A DNA stretch of 50,590 bases from Candidatus Hydrothermarchaeales archaeon. GTDB lineage: Archaea; Hydrothermarchaeota; Hydrothermarchaeia; Hydrothermarchaeales; JAZGAD01. Made by a program: the position numbers and the translations under genes. The stretch spans positions 1-50,590 of the forward strand of contig JAZGAD010000006.1 in assembly GCA_036444275.1 (NCBI GenBank). The letters run 5' to 3'. Shown here in pieces: positions 50,200 to 50,590 of this stretch (position 1 is the stretch's first letter; the number at the start of each line of letters is the position of its first letter). The notes below the pieces were generated by a model. The model was not told the origin of the DNA. It made no database searches and was given only the letters and a program-made list of their open reading frames with translations.

Positions 50200-50590
50200 A
50201 GCGGGTGACCATCCTTGGGACCGGGGGCACTATAGCATCGAAGATAGATTATAAGACCGGCGCTGTGCATCCTGCTCTCTCTGCAGAGGAATTATTGAAT
50301 GCTATTCCAGAGCTTGGTGAGATAGCTGAGCTTGAAACAAGGGTCCTGTTCAATATCCTCAGCGAGAACATGACGCCTAAGCACTGGCGGGAGATAGCAA
50401 CTGCTGTGGCAAAGGAACTTAATTCAGGGGCAGATGGCGTGGTAGTTGCCCACGGCACTGATACCATGGCCTACACCTCTGCGGCTCTGAGCTTCATGTT
50501 GAAGAATTTACAGGGTCCCGTTGTCCTAGTTGGCTCCCAGCGCTCCTCTGACCGTCCGTCTTCTGATGCGTCGCAAAACCTGGTGTGCGC
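50196..50590 (+). CDS. gatD: GatD asparaginase-like domain, 3'-truncated by the window edge (not in the ORF track)
   Basis: Translates to [63 protein letters not shown] at 50196 overlaps the upstream TGA. Confidence 0.9.
   Translation, partial: MKRVTILGTGGTIASKIDYKTGAVHPALSAEELLNAIPELGEIAELETRVLFNILSENMTPKHWREIATAVAKELNSGADGVVVAHGTDTMAYTSAALSFMLKNLQGPVVLVGSQRSSDRPSSDASQNLVC

Overview
Archaeal chromosomal window, based on the archaeal 16S/23S rRNA, bulge-helix-bulge processing stems, topo VI, dph2, mfnA, mptE and gatD. The mix of sulfur-reduction genes with F420, methanopterin and methanofuran cofactor genes suggests a Hydrothermarchaeota-like euryarchaeote; this is inference, not a database result. 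From left to right: (1) a tightly coupled sulfate-reduction operon, aprA'-aprB-sat::TusA, followed by two siroheme sulfite-reductase paralogues and an FrhB/Fsr-N-like F420 oxidoreductase; (2) a regulator, an LpxC-like protein and a PRC-barrel protein; (3) a repeat-flanked XRE/DUF2178-like cassette; (4) a 16S-tRNA(Ala)-23S operon with no linked 5S; (5) a RelE toxin-antitoxin pair and a divergent topo VI operon led by a small RHH-like gene; (6) a ~1550-aa mosaic surface glycoprotein; (7) housekeeping genes guaAA, mptE, minD, ileS, ilvD, dnaG, arfC, dph2, mfnA, ppsA and argH; (8) two VapBC pairs and an AT-rich islet; (9) a gatD split into two translationally coupled ORFs. The best novelty candidates are the modular, possibly heterodimeric F420-linked sulfite reductase with a Sat-TusA fusion, the archaeal LpxC-like deacetylase and the split GatD.
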